Shown in pieces: positions 24,567 to 36,100 of a stretch of 64,000 nt of DNA. The translations under genes and the position numbers were made by a program. The first letter of the stretch is position 1, and every line of letters starts with the position of its first letter. The notes beneath the pieces were generated by a model. The model did no database searches, was not told where the DNA came from, and saw only the letters and a list, made by a program, of their open reading frames with translations. Source of the stretch: Diplonema japonicum (lineage: Eukaryota; Protista; Euglenozoa: Diplonemea); NCBI GenBank assembly GCA_964019335.1, contig OZ025683.1:434001-498000 (forward strand). Direction: 5' to 3'.

Positions 24567-26009
24567 ATGGGAGGCAAAGTGCGCCATGCTATGGTGTTGG
24601 CATGTGTGGTGACATGGATACTGGTTTTCGGTGGGAGTGGTGCTCAAGAGGAGGAAAATACAAAACACGAAACACCAAAAAGCTTAGAAGCTGCCGCCGA
24701 CAAGATCCACCATGCTGACTACAAGCTGTACAATGTAACACCTTTCTGTGTACAGGAAGGGCATGGCTGGGTGTGGCACAACGGACAGCTGCCTGACATT
24801 AGCATATTCACAGAGGGGAAGCGTCTTATCACTCCAGTGGACCTTCGCGGGACGAGCCCCCTAGAGGCCACCTGGGACAACCATAGCATCCCTTACCTAG
24901 GTACGCTGGAGCCTTTGTCATTCCTTCACACCTACCCCCTGTACCATTTTCTGTGGTCGTACATCTCCACCACCATGGCCCTCACGCATGTCGAGACCCT
25001 TTACAACACCACTCGTGTCATTCCCTTCTACAAGTCGTGTCCTACGTCGCGCGACTGGCAGGAGACAGCATGGCTCGGCTCGGCATGGCAAGAAGCCGCA
25101 AGGCGTCACGCTGGCAGCTGCATCTCTGACACGCTACACAGAACGAAGCTTCTCCGTGCCACAGGCTCACCATACCCCCTCGAGTCCTACCGCCCTGGCC
25201 TGCACTGCTTCCCATGGGGCCTCGTGGGTGCCATGCGTATGAAGGAGCTTGCTAGCAGGTACCAAGTCGTGTATGGGAAGTGGTTCGGCGCAGTCAAGTG
25301 CAGAGGGAAGAAATGCAAGTTTCCCGGTGTCGGCCGTGCGTGGGCATCGTTCGCAGCGACAATGTCGCAGAGGCTGCGCACACTAGGGGTGGGGGACAGC
25401 GCCGTGCAGCAAGCGAGGACAATGGTGGTGATCGACAGGGTGGCAAGCAGGAAGATCCTCGACAGCAAGCAGTTGGTAGCCGTCGGGAACAGCATGGGGT
25501 GGGAGGTGCAGCTAGCACGGTTCGAAGAGATGACAACATTGGATCAGTTAAAGATGATACTGAGCGCTGGGGCGGTGCTGGGGGTGCATGGGAGTGGGCT
25601 AGCGTGGTCTTTGCTTGGAAGGGCAGGCACTGTGTGGGTTGAGATCGTGCCCCATGCCAAAGGGTGCAGGAAGACATCTGCAAACATGAACTCATCCTTC
25701 ATTACTGTTGATACAGTGGGAATCCCTAATAAGCTCCCAAGCAGCAAGCTCCAAATCACCCCTACAGGCTTAGAAGGCTACGGCGTGCTTGTCCGCTACA
25801 CAGGCGGGCACCACATTAGCTGGACGGCATCCTGTCCTAATTGCACACAGTGCCCCACCCCTTCGAACGCTTCCTACCCCTTCAAGGACTGCGATGTCAC
25901 CATCCCACAGATAGTCGTTAAATATGTATTGCACTACACTGCTATATTGCAGGAGACACCAAAGAAGTGCCAGTCGGGGTGCGTAGTGCAGGCAACGAAG
26001 CCTTTTTAA
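24567..26009 (+). CDS. Glycosyltransferase family 61-like protein
   Basis: N-terminal hydrophobic anchor, then YHF, IDR...RKI, FEEMT..DQL and VLGVHGSGLAW (HGAGL-like) followed by VEIVP. Confidence 0.8.
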   Translation: MGGKVRHAMVLACVVTWILVFGGSGAQEEENTKHETPKSLEAAADKIHHADYKLYNVTPFCVQEGHGWVWHNGQLPDISIFTEGKRLITPVDLRGTSPLEATWDNHSIPYLGTLEPLSFLHTYPLYHFLWSYISTTMALTHVETLYNTTRVIPFYKSCPTSRDWQETAWLGSAWQEAARRHAGSCISDTLHRTKLLRATGSPYPLESYRPGLHCFPWGLVGAMRMKELASRYQVVYGKWFGAVKCRGKKCKFPGVGRAWASFAATMSQRLRTLGVGDSAVQQARTMVVIDRVASRKILDSKQLVAVGNSMGWEVQLARFEEMTTLDQLKMILSAGAVLGVHGSGLAWSLLGRAGTVWVEIVPHAKGCRKTSANMNSSFITVDTVGIPNKLPSSKLQITPTGLEGYGVLVRYTGGHHISWTASCPNCTQCPTPSNASYPFKDCDVTIPQIVVKYVLHYTAILQETPKKCQSGCVVQATKPF

Positions 26010-26051
26010 TGTTACCATCACTGTAGCACCAATGCACTCACACAGGGCGCA

Positions 26052-27077
26052 ATGGTGAAGCGCAAAATGGTGATCGACACGGACTGCAGCTCCGAGGACA
26101 GCATAGCATTGCTGTGCGCCCTGAACTGCACAGAAGTCGAGGTCGTGGCCATCTGCTGCGTGTGGGGGAACGTGCAGGTTGAAGCAGCAGCACGGAATGT
26201 GACAAGGATTCTTGAGTTTACAGGGAACACACACATCCCAGTATATGTCGGTGCTGACGGCCCTTTGATCGACAAGAGAGATCAGCAACGTCGCGGCACT
26301 AACGATAGAAACACAGATCACGCGTCCGTGGCACTGTCAAGGATACTAGGGTGCAGAACTCGGGACGAATCCACATGGCAGCTCGTCGCACTGGGCCCGC
26401 TTACTAACGTGGCACTGGCTATCAGGATGTGCCCGAATATTCTTCAAGGTCTGGGGAGCGAAGAATACCCTGGTCTGGTGGTGATGGGAGGCACACTACG
26501 GGCAAAAGGAAACTCAGGGCTCTCTTCAGAGTTCAACTGGCATTGCGATCCCGAAGCAGCAATGGTGGTGCTAGAAAGCACGGGAAATGACTACCCGTTC
26601 CCAACACCGACAGCGACGTTGGTTCCGTGGGAGGTTGTCACGGAGTGCCCGCTGACGTGGCAGCAGTGCGACCAACTGCTAGGCATGACTGACAGTATTC
26701 CGCAAGAAGTACAACCCTATGTGTCGTCGGCGGAGTACAGGAACAGGATGCAGGGGTTGCTGCGGGAGCTGCTGCAGGGGTTGCAGAGTATCGAAAGAGA
26801 TGGGAACACATCATGCCTCATACCTGACGCTGTTGCCATGGTGCTTGCGATCGACCCCTTGTTGTCCACTTACTCCATCAACACGTTCGCAACGGTCGAA
26901 CTCGCCAGCAGCGAGAGTAGAGGCTCTTGCGTCATTGACTGGTACGGCACCACCCAGAGCCGCAGTAAAAAGAAAAGGTGGCTTAACGTCACTGTGACGG
27001 CCTCCACCGATGCCGCTACCTTCGTGAAGCACATCTTTTCTCTAGTCGGACACCCCTCCCCCTCGTTCCTTAACTAG
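26052..27077 (+). CDS. Nucleoside hydrolase (IU-NH fold), trypanosomatid IG-NH-like, divergent active site
   Basis: Motifs IDTDC, WGNV, LVALGPLTNVALA, KGNS..SEFNWHCDPEA, IPDAVA, TVEL..ESRG..IDWYGT and KKRW.N. Confidence 0.88.
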   Translation: MVKRKMVIDTDCSSEDSIALLCALNCTEVEVVAICCVWGNVQVEAAARNVTRILEFTGNTHIPVYVGADGPLIDKRDQQRRGTNDRNTDHASVALSRILGCRTRDESTWQLVALGPLTNVALAIRMCPNILQGLGSEEYPGLVVMGGTLRAKGNSGLSSEFNWHCDPEAAMVVLESTGNDYPFPTPTATLVPWEVVTECPLTWQQCDQLLGMTDSIPQEVQPYVSSAEYRNRMQGLLRELLQGLQSIERDGNTSCLIPDAVAMVLAIDPLLSTYSINTFATVELASSESRGSCVIDWYGTTQSRSKKKRWLNVTVTASTDAATFVKHIFSLVGHPSPSFLN

Positions 27078-27179
27078 TAGTATTGCCGGATTTACACCGG
27101 TGTCTTTATATAAGGTCTTGTCCAGTATTAGTTGGCTCCTTGCGCACTTTTCTACACGCACCACAGCCATGTCCCCGTG

Positions 27180-30100
27180 ATGCTCAACGCAGCGTCTTTT
27201 CTGCTGATCTGCGTAGTCGGTGCATTGTACGAGGAGACTGGCGGTGGGCTGGGCGACGTGTTCGTAGAGGATGTCTGCCTGTTCGGGTGCGAGGGGAACG
27301 GGTGCCCTTGCGATGATGTGTGCAAACATGACGAAGGCGACGTGATGAGCGACGCGTGTCAAGGCTTACTGTTTGACTACTGCTGCATGCATCGCAGGAG
27401 GGACATTGCTTGTGTGATGTTTGGCAGATGGGACATCGAATGTCTCCCGTGGCCCGTTGAGGCCACGACGTACATGGGCACCAAAGGCGTCACCACTTCC
27501 GTTTTCGCAACAGGGATCATTGCCAGCACGCCTTCGGAGATGGAGTACCCCGATACAATGTCACTCGGCGAGTCCAACTGGGAGCTGTCCACCTCTACGT
27601 GTGGTGCTTTCCCATGGGCCCCTCAGTCCCTCAACGGTTGGGTGCCTCAGTTTCAGCCTTCTCAACAGAGAGAGAAAGAAGAAGCCTTTGGGACTTTGGC
27701 TCTTTCGCACGACGGCCCCACAATACTCCTCTCGATCGAGCCCTTGCTTGACATCACAGGCATCTCTGCCCATGAAGTCTCATCCATGGGTGACATCGAG
27801 TCCATCACGCTCCTCTCCACGCCAGTTGTGGCGAACATCTCTGAGACAAGCTTTTACAAACAGTATGAAGTTTACTCTTCACCGGGTCCACCTGAGGCTT
27901 ACGTCGAAACTGACGGCACCCCTGGCGTAGGCTATCACGGCAACGTTGACACAACCACCTCCGGCCTGCGCTGCTTGTCTTGGGGACACAAGTTGTTCAG
28001 GCACCCTTACATGCCTTATGAATGGTCTTCTGACAGCATCTACGCTGAGCGCATGATGGTAGGCGAGGTGATGGGTTCCTATCAAGGAGACGGCGTGGGT
28101 GAGCATAACTACTGTAGGAACCCGGACGGCGACCCCAAAGGTGCCTGGTGCTACGTTTGGGATGAAAGTGACACGGGGCTGGGTCTTCCGCCAGTGTTTC
28201 CTGGTTCACAGTGGGAATATGATCCAACACCGCTGAAGCAAGACGACATGGGTGGCGGTCCCGATCCTGGTACAGGGGGCCCTGGCGGTGGTTTTGACCC
28301 TGGTCCTGATACAGGGGGGCCTGGCGGTGGCTTTGACCCTGGTCCTGACACGGAGGGACCTGATGGTGGTTTCGATCCTGACCCTGATCCGGGTGGTTTT
28401 AACCCTGACCCTGACCCTGACCCTGACCCTGATCAGGGTGGTTTTAACCCTGGCCCTGACCCTGATCAGGGTGGTGACCCTGGACCCGATACGGGCCAAT
28501 TTGAACCTGGGCAGGGGGAGGAGGACACGCAAGACCCTACAGGTGGTCAAGACTTCGGCGGGACTGAGTTTTTTAGGAAGAGACAAAATGTTTTAAGCCG
28601 ACAAGCAAGGACCCTTGACTGCATGACCCCGCAAGTTGCGGAATGTTTAAAGGTGTATGCCGAGATGGGCTGCACGGGTGTACCATACTACCCGGATTTC
28701 GACTGCAGCGTGGCGTTGCAGTGCACGGCGGAAGTACAGAAGCATTGTGGCACGCAGCCTAAGGCATGCGAAGATGATGTCGAAGTCCTACGCGTGTTGA
28801 CAGGCGATCCGGGAATGACTTGCGAACAGTTAGTGTTAGACGCCGCAACCGGAGCGATAGCAATGGTGGAGGCAATTGCTTTAGTGTGCAACACGCACAG
28901 AGAGGGGTGCTGCAAGTACTGCCTAACTTATGGGTACGGAAACCCTGCTGTTGAAAAAAAGATCCTAAGCAATACCTTCCCTCCGTCGGCTGTGGGGAAG
29001 GTACTCGTGTGGGCCAAATTCAAGCACTACTGCACGATCCCCGACCCCCAGCCATGCTTGACAACAAGAGAGCAGCCTGTCACCGTAAGCGATGGCGGTG
29101 CGTTGCAAGTAGTCACAGCAGTCAGGATATCCATGAAGCCGTCAGCCAACACCTACAAAGGGGTCGACAGCATTGCCATTACAGGCACAGTTCCTTCAGG
29201 ATGCCACGATGACAACACGCTAGGGCACTGGCAAGAGCCGTTGTGCGTGACGTGCAAAGCCACCGCAACAGAGGTTTGGAAAGGACCCGAGTGTACAACC
29301 CTGCAGTGCAACGCAAAAAAGTGCGACTACGGCTTCTGCGATGCTGCAGATCAGTGCAAGTGTTACCGCGGCTACGCAGGACCTACCTGCGGGGTTCAAT
29401 GCCCGCTGAACGCGACAGCTTACTTTTACTATAATGCAAGCTTCCACAACTATGTGATTCCGAGGAATGAGAATACGATAGTGACCAGGCCCGACCAGCT
29501 GGGATACCTGAATGAGTGGACCATATGCAGCGGAAATGGTGTGTGCGACGACGGTGTGGATGGCGACGGCAGCTGCATGTGTGACCCAGGCTTTGCAGGG
29601 CCAAACTGCAGTGAACACTGTCCTGGGATGATGCACGGACGCTTCGGGATAGTAACGTGCTCTGGTCGAGGGAAGTGCTATGACGGAGCGCAGGGCAACG
29701 CGACTTGCGAGTGCTGGGGACTGTACTTCGGGGACGACTGCTCCAAAGTGCTGTGCGACGAGAAAGAGTGCCACAATGGTGTGTGTCTGGACCCTGTAAC
29801 GGAGGAGCCGTGTGCTCTTGGGGGAAAAGGGTGCTACTGTGCGTGCTACGGAAAGGAGTCCTATTCACTGACTGGTGTATACAAGACTGACCAGCCAGGC
29901 TTGCATGGGTACTGGGACGGGGGAAAGTGTGACAAGTGCCAAGAGAACTACGGCGGCGACGAGTGCAATGAACGCGACAGGCAGTCGAAGACGTACAAAG
30001 GCGAAGTGAAGAGCGGGTCGAAGGAAAAGTTCGGCCCTGTCTATTTTGAACCTTGTACAGAGTTGAACATCGAGTTCACACTGTTGTCGGGTGATGAAGC

Positions 30101-33100
30101 ACAAGGAGAAGTGACTGCACTTGGCGGGTGGGGCACTATCTGCTATATTGACCTCAACAAGGATAAGCCCATCGAAATCTGCACACCTGACGCCAGCACC
30201 ATCCAGCAGTTCCCCAACAGCATTATCGCCTCCGTTACAACAGGCAGCATTACAACCGTGAGTTTCTCAGTTGGCTTTACCTACGCAGCGAGGTGTTTGA
30301 CAGCCTGCGGCGATCACGGTCTCTGCTCTGACGAAGAGCAAAATTTCAACATGAAGTACCCCGAGGCCGAGTATTCAGCCCGAGATACACCACCAGATCC
30401 CCCAGAGACAACTCATTCGAAGCAGCAGTCCATCCTTAGACAGAGGCAAGCAGCTGTGCTGTCGTACCAGAAGCTCTCCATGTCGCGCATCTGGGATGTA
30501 CAGAAGCTCCGCACTGCACTTATTCTAGGTGCCCGCATACGGCAGAAACATCGCAAAAGAGAGGGGGCTGTTCTAAACGCTGTCGGATGCAACACTGCAG
30601 GCGCTTCCTGTCAGCCCCACATGACATTGGCTGGTGGAACATGCACTTGCAACAGTCCTTATATTTGCCCCAATGACGACGGTCCCTGTTTCGTTCCATG
30701 CGGCACGACGTGGTCTTCCCCTGGTCCGAGCTGCACATCGGACGCCAGTGTTGTGAGCACTGTTTGCACGTGTAACGCTGACTTCACATGTACCAATGGG
30801 GAGTGCGAAATGAACCCTGTTGGCTGCAACACTGCCGATGCGGGTGGTGGCTGTGAGGCACACATGACTGTTGTCGGGGGAACATGCACCTGTGATGCAC
30901 CGTATCTGTGCCCCACAAACAACGGTGATTGTGTGGTTGGTTGTGACCTTTCCTGGTCGAACCCAGGACCCGATTGTACACCATCTTCAGCAGCTGTGTC
31001 GGGTACATGTACTTGCAACAGTGGTTACACGTGCACTGCTGGTGCATGTGCAATTGCGGCCGTTGGTTGCAACACTGCCGATGCAGGGGGTGGCTGTGAG
31101 GCACACATGACTGTTGTTGGTGGAACGTGCACCTGTGATGCACCGTATCTGTGCCCCACAAACAACGGTGATTGTGTGGTTGGTTGTGATCTTTCCTGGT
31201 CGAGCCCAGGACCCGATTGTACACCATCTTCAGCAGTTGTGTCGGGTACATGTACTTGCAACAGTGGTTACACGTGCACTGCTGGTGCATGTGTTGTTAA
31301 TCCTCCAGCGGCTGTTGGCTGCAACACTGCTGATGCAGGTGGTGGTTGTGAGGCACACATGACTGTTGTTGGTGGAACGTGCACCTGTGATGCACCGTAT
31401 CTGTGCCCCACAAGCAATGCCCCTTGTGTGGTTGGCTGTGACCTTTCCTGGTCGAGCTCAGGACCCGATTGTACACCATCTTCAGCAGCTGTGTCAGGTA
31501 CATGTACTTGCAACAGTGGTTACACGTGCACTGCTGGTGCATGTGTTGTTAGTTCACCAGCGGCCGTTGGTTGCAACACTGCTGATGCAGGTGGTGGCTG
31601 TGAGGCACACATGACTGTTGTCAGTGGAACGTGCACCTGTGATGCACCGTATCTGTGCCCCACAAGCAATGCCCCTTGTGTGGTTGGCTGTGACCTTTCC
31701 TGGTCGAGCCCAGGACCCGATTGTACACCATCTTCAGCAGCTGTGTCGGGTACATGTACTTGCAACAGTGGTTACACGTGCACTGCTAGTGCATGTGTTG
31801 TTAATCCTCCAGCGGCCGTTGGCTGCAACACTGCCGATGCAGGGGGTGGTTGTGAGGCACACATGACTGTTGTTGGTGGAACGTGCACCTGTGATGCACC
31901 GTATCTGTGCCCCACAAACAACGGTGATTGTGTGGTTGGTTGTGATCTTTCCTGGTCGAACCCAGGACCCGATTGTACACCATCTTCAGCAGCTGTGTCG
32001 GGTACATGTACTTGCAACAGTGGTTACACGTGCACTGCTGGTGCATGTGCAATTGCGGCCGTTGGTTGCAACACTGCCGATGCAGGGGGTGGCTGTGAGG
32101 CACACATGACTGTTGTTGGTGGAACGTGCACCTGTGATGCACCGTATTTGTGCCCCACAAACGACGGTGATTGTGTGGTTGGTTGTGATCTTTCCTGGTC
32201 GAGCCCAGGACCCGATTGTACACCATCTTCAGCAGTTGTGTCGGGTACATGTACTTGCAACAGTGGTTACACGTGCACTGCTGGTGCGTGTGTGTCGACT
32301 CCTTCTCCTGTTGGCTGCAACACTGCCGATGCAGGTGGTGGCTGTGGGGCACACATGATTATTATGAGTGGGTCCTGTGTCTGTGAGAATGACTACATGT
32401 GCCTAGAGACCAACGGTGACTGCTTCGTAAGTTGCGGCAATCACTGGTCCCCATCGGGACCTAGCTGCGTGGGGAACTCGAGCACATCAAGTCAATCAAC
32501 TTGCGAGTGCAACTATGGCTATATTTGTGGCAATGACCAGTTATGCGAGGTCACGGAGCTAGTGCCATGCGGTACCACCTTGTCGAGTGGGCAAACATGT
32601 GAAGAAGGCACTTCCTTAGAAGGAGGTGTCTGCACGTGTGGCGAGTCAGGTCTCTGCATAAGCAGCGAGTGCAAGGTGAAGTGCATGCACGGTGAACAGG
32701 GTTCGTGCATCGACAATGCGTTGCGAATGCCAAACAACCTTTGCGAGTGCACACCGAGTTACGTGTGTGCAGAAGATGGCTACTGCGTTTCATATGTATC
32801 TTGCGATGCAAGCATCTCAGCAGACTACGAAAGGTGCCACAGTGATTTGGTGCAGGAGGGCAATACATGCCGGTGCGGCAGTGAAAGGTTTTGTGAAACT
32901 GGAGCATGCTACACGAAGTGCAATATGCTGAGTTCTGAGTTGAACTGTCACCGCGATCAACTAATGTATTACGGTCGATGCCGGTGTGTTGGAGGGACAG
33001 TGTGCTTTCCTGATGGCGGCTGTGAGAATGCTGCGAGGGTTTGCGGGCAGACCGTCACGGTAGAGTACGGGCAGTACTGTATCGGTGCAGAAGCCAATGC

Positions 33101-36100
33101 AGGGATGTGTGTGTGCGATGTGAACGAGGTCTGCAGCAACGGGGGCTGCAGAACAAGATGTGACGCTGTGTCTTCAGGCAGCCTGTGCGTTGACGGTGCT
33201 GACGCTGCTTCATGGCCCAGGTGCACATGCCGCCCAGGCAGGGAGTGCATCGGCGGAGCTTGTGTTACTGTATTGGGGTGCAACCGGTGGTTGACTCTCC
33301 CCAGTGAGCAATGTGGGTTGAACATGCACTTAACTCCGTTCGATTCGTGTAGATGCAATAACGGGTACATATGTAAGCAGAGCAGGTGCGAGCCGTTGCG
33401 GCACTGCAACGAGCCAGCACCTGCTCAAACGCTATGTGGAGCAGGTCTGGTGCTGCGCCAGGGCAAGTGCGTGTGCGGCGGAGGTTTGCAATGCAGCAAC
33501 AGTAAGTGTAGGTATGGGTGCGGCCAGTTTCGCATGTCCCTCGATACATCGTGCACAATGGGTGCTGGGCTAGTGCGTAACGCCACAGATATGATAGCGG
33601 GCAACACAACAGCACTCAACACAACACTCGACTCGGCACTCAACACAACACTCGATACTACCGTACTCGTGGATCCATACATTTGCGAGTGTTACGCAAA
33701 CCTAACATGCCATAAGGGTGCGTGTGTCTCAGAGGTTATCGACACGTGTGATACACGAATCGTTAGCCCCCTTCAAGAATGTGCAGCAGGCCTGGTTGCA
33801 GAAAATGTAACATGCAGGTGCCCAATGGGTGCTGTGTGCTTGGACCAAGTGTGCCGCGTATCATGTACCCAGCATAGTAGGTGGAAGACGTGGAACACAA
33901 GTGAGGAATGGAACATAACTGACACAATCACAATGGTAACAGATTCGCTGCCGTGCGTACCGCATGCAGGTGTAGAGGATGGTGACTGTCGCTGCGACGA
34001 AGGGTTTGTGTGTTCCGACACCCTCTGCGTGCCACTCAGAAAATGCGAAATTGAGCTGCCTCGGCGTGGTACCTTGGGGCCTCTACGCCCCATGGTGCTG
34101 ACCCCTGCACCGTGTGTGAGACACGCCACTGATGTCAATGGCACATGCCTGTGTGGCCTCGACCACCTTTGCCACAGCGGGGCATGCGTCATGCCGTGTA
34201 ACATGACAACAGACATCAATGAAACAAGGTGCACTCCGCACTCGACACGTGATGACAACGTATGTCAGTGTGATCTTGGCTACAACTGCGTGAGGGGTGT
34301 TTGCGACACAGAGTATGTGCATACATGCAGTGTCATGTACGACAATGCTACGCAAGTGTGCTCGCGAAGCCACGGACTGGTTGGCGATGGCTTTGATTGC
34401 TATTGTGCGGCGGGCACGTGCGTTGGCGGTACCTGCATAAGTGAGTGCAACACAAACAGGACAGCACCCTGCACCCAAAACAGTTTTGGGCCGACGTGTA
34501 CATGTAGGAGGCAATTCAGTTGTATTGCAGGCGTGTGTCTGCGGGACGTGCCTTGTGACACTGCCATCCCTACGAACATAACTCACGCATGTGTCCCGGA
34601 CACTTATGAGAGTGACGACGGGTTCTGCAAGTGCTCGAGCAACTACACTTTATGTCAAGACTCTGTCTGTCGTGTAGGATGTAATGCAGAGCTCCGCACA
34701 GGCAAAGATCAGCAATGTGTCGCGAACGCTAACAGCACAGCAGCCGCTCATTGCGTGTGCAGCAGTGGATACTCCTGCCAAGATATGTCATGCAAGGAGA
34801 TAGCTGTCTACTCATGTGATGTGCACATAGACGCAACTTACCAACGCTGTAGTAGCGGGCTGAACTTCTCTACAGCTTTCGCGGGGTCCTGCACCTGCGA
34901 CACTAACACCATCTGCGTCGACCACGTTTGTCAGAAGAAGTGTAACCAGGAAGCAAATGACTGCTCACAGGGCTACTCCTGCTCGGGTGACGGACTATGT
35001 GTGCCCTGGGCGGTCAGCTCATGCAATCAGGAGTACGACAATACCATTCAGATATGCGGAGGAGGCCTGACTGGGCGAGACGGTACGTGTGCATGCCAAG
35101 ACTCGCATCACGACGCAGTATGCCTCCACGGCACTTGCCACACGCCGTGTGACTGTGACGATTGCGGACTGCCACTTGCATTCCCGTGTGTTCCTAACTC
35201 CGTGGGCCCAACGTGCATGTGCACAGAGAAGCTCGTGTGTTTCCGAGGTTTCTGTGGCTATCAAGGAACCCAAGCCCCACCAACACTGGCGCCACCCACA
35301 CTGGCACCTCTCACGCTGGTCCCACCTACAATGGCACCTCCCACCCCTTCACCCCCTCCTTGCGACGACGATCCATATGGCTGGCTGGAAATACACATGA
35401 AGGTGCAGTGTTTGCAGCTTCTGCGATTGTTACCAGAGGCATCTTTTTGCACACGCGATCTGAACACTATTTTTGAAGAATTGCCTGTTGGTGCCTACAA
35501 CCTATCACGTGTGTGCATGTCAACATGTGATTGCTGCCACTGCACCCCACCACCCTACATAGATGAATGTGATACATATCTGAAAACCAACCATTCCTGC
35601 GGCCGGAACACTACCGTCGTAGACGGCTTCTGCAGGTGCACCGGTGACACTGCGTGCACTAACGGAAAGTGCCGCACTATGTGTGATGTCATGCGGACTG
35701 GTTCAGACCCGGAATGTGTTCCGAACACAGTGAATGATGAGGTGCAAGGTGTATGTTCATGTGTGCCGGGTGCAGGTTTCACATGCCAAAACGGGACTTG
35801 TAGTGGAGGTGTTGCTGGGTGTGGGCAGGCGGTGAATGAAAAGGGATGCACTGACGGCGCCTACGACGTGGCAGGTACATGCACGTGTTTGTGGAACATG
35901 GCATGTGAGGAAAACGTGTGCCGCACAAAGTGCTTGCACGAGTTGAACAACGCCACGATGCCAAAGTGCGTATCTGAAGCACTCGTGTCGCGCCCTTATG
36001 GCGGACACTGCGTGTGCAGCTACTTTACAACATGTACTTCAGCAGGTACATGCACATTAGTGCAGCCTCCGGCACCGGTGTCCTTTGTCTCAGGTCCAGG

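Noticed and set aside
30819-32359. CRISPR-like array
   Set aside because: The units are contiguous, in-frame coding repeats with no unique spacers and no cas genes.
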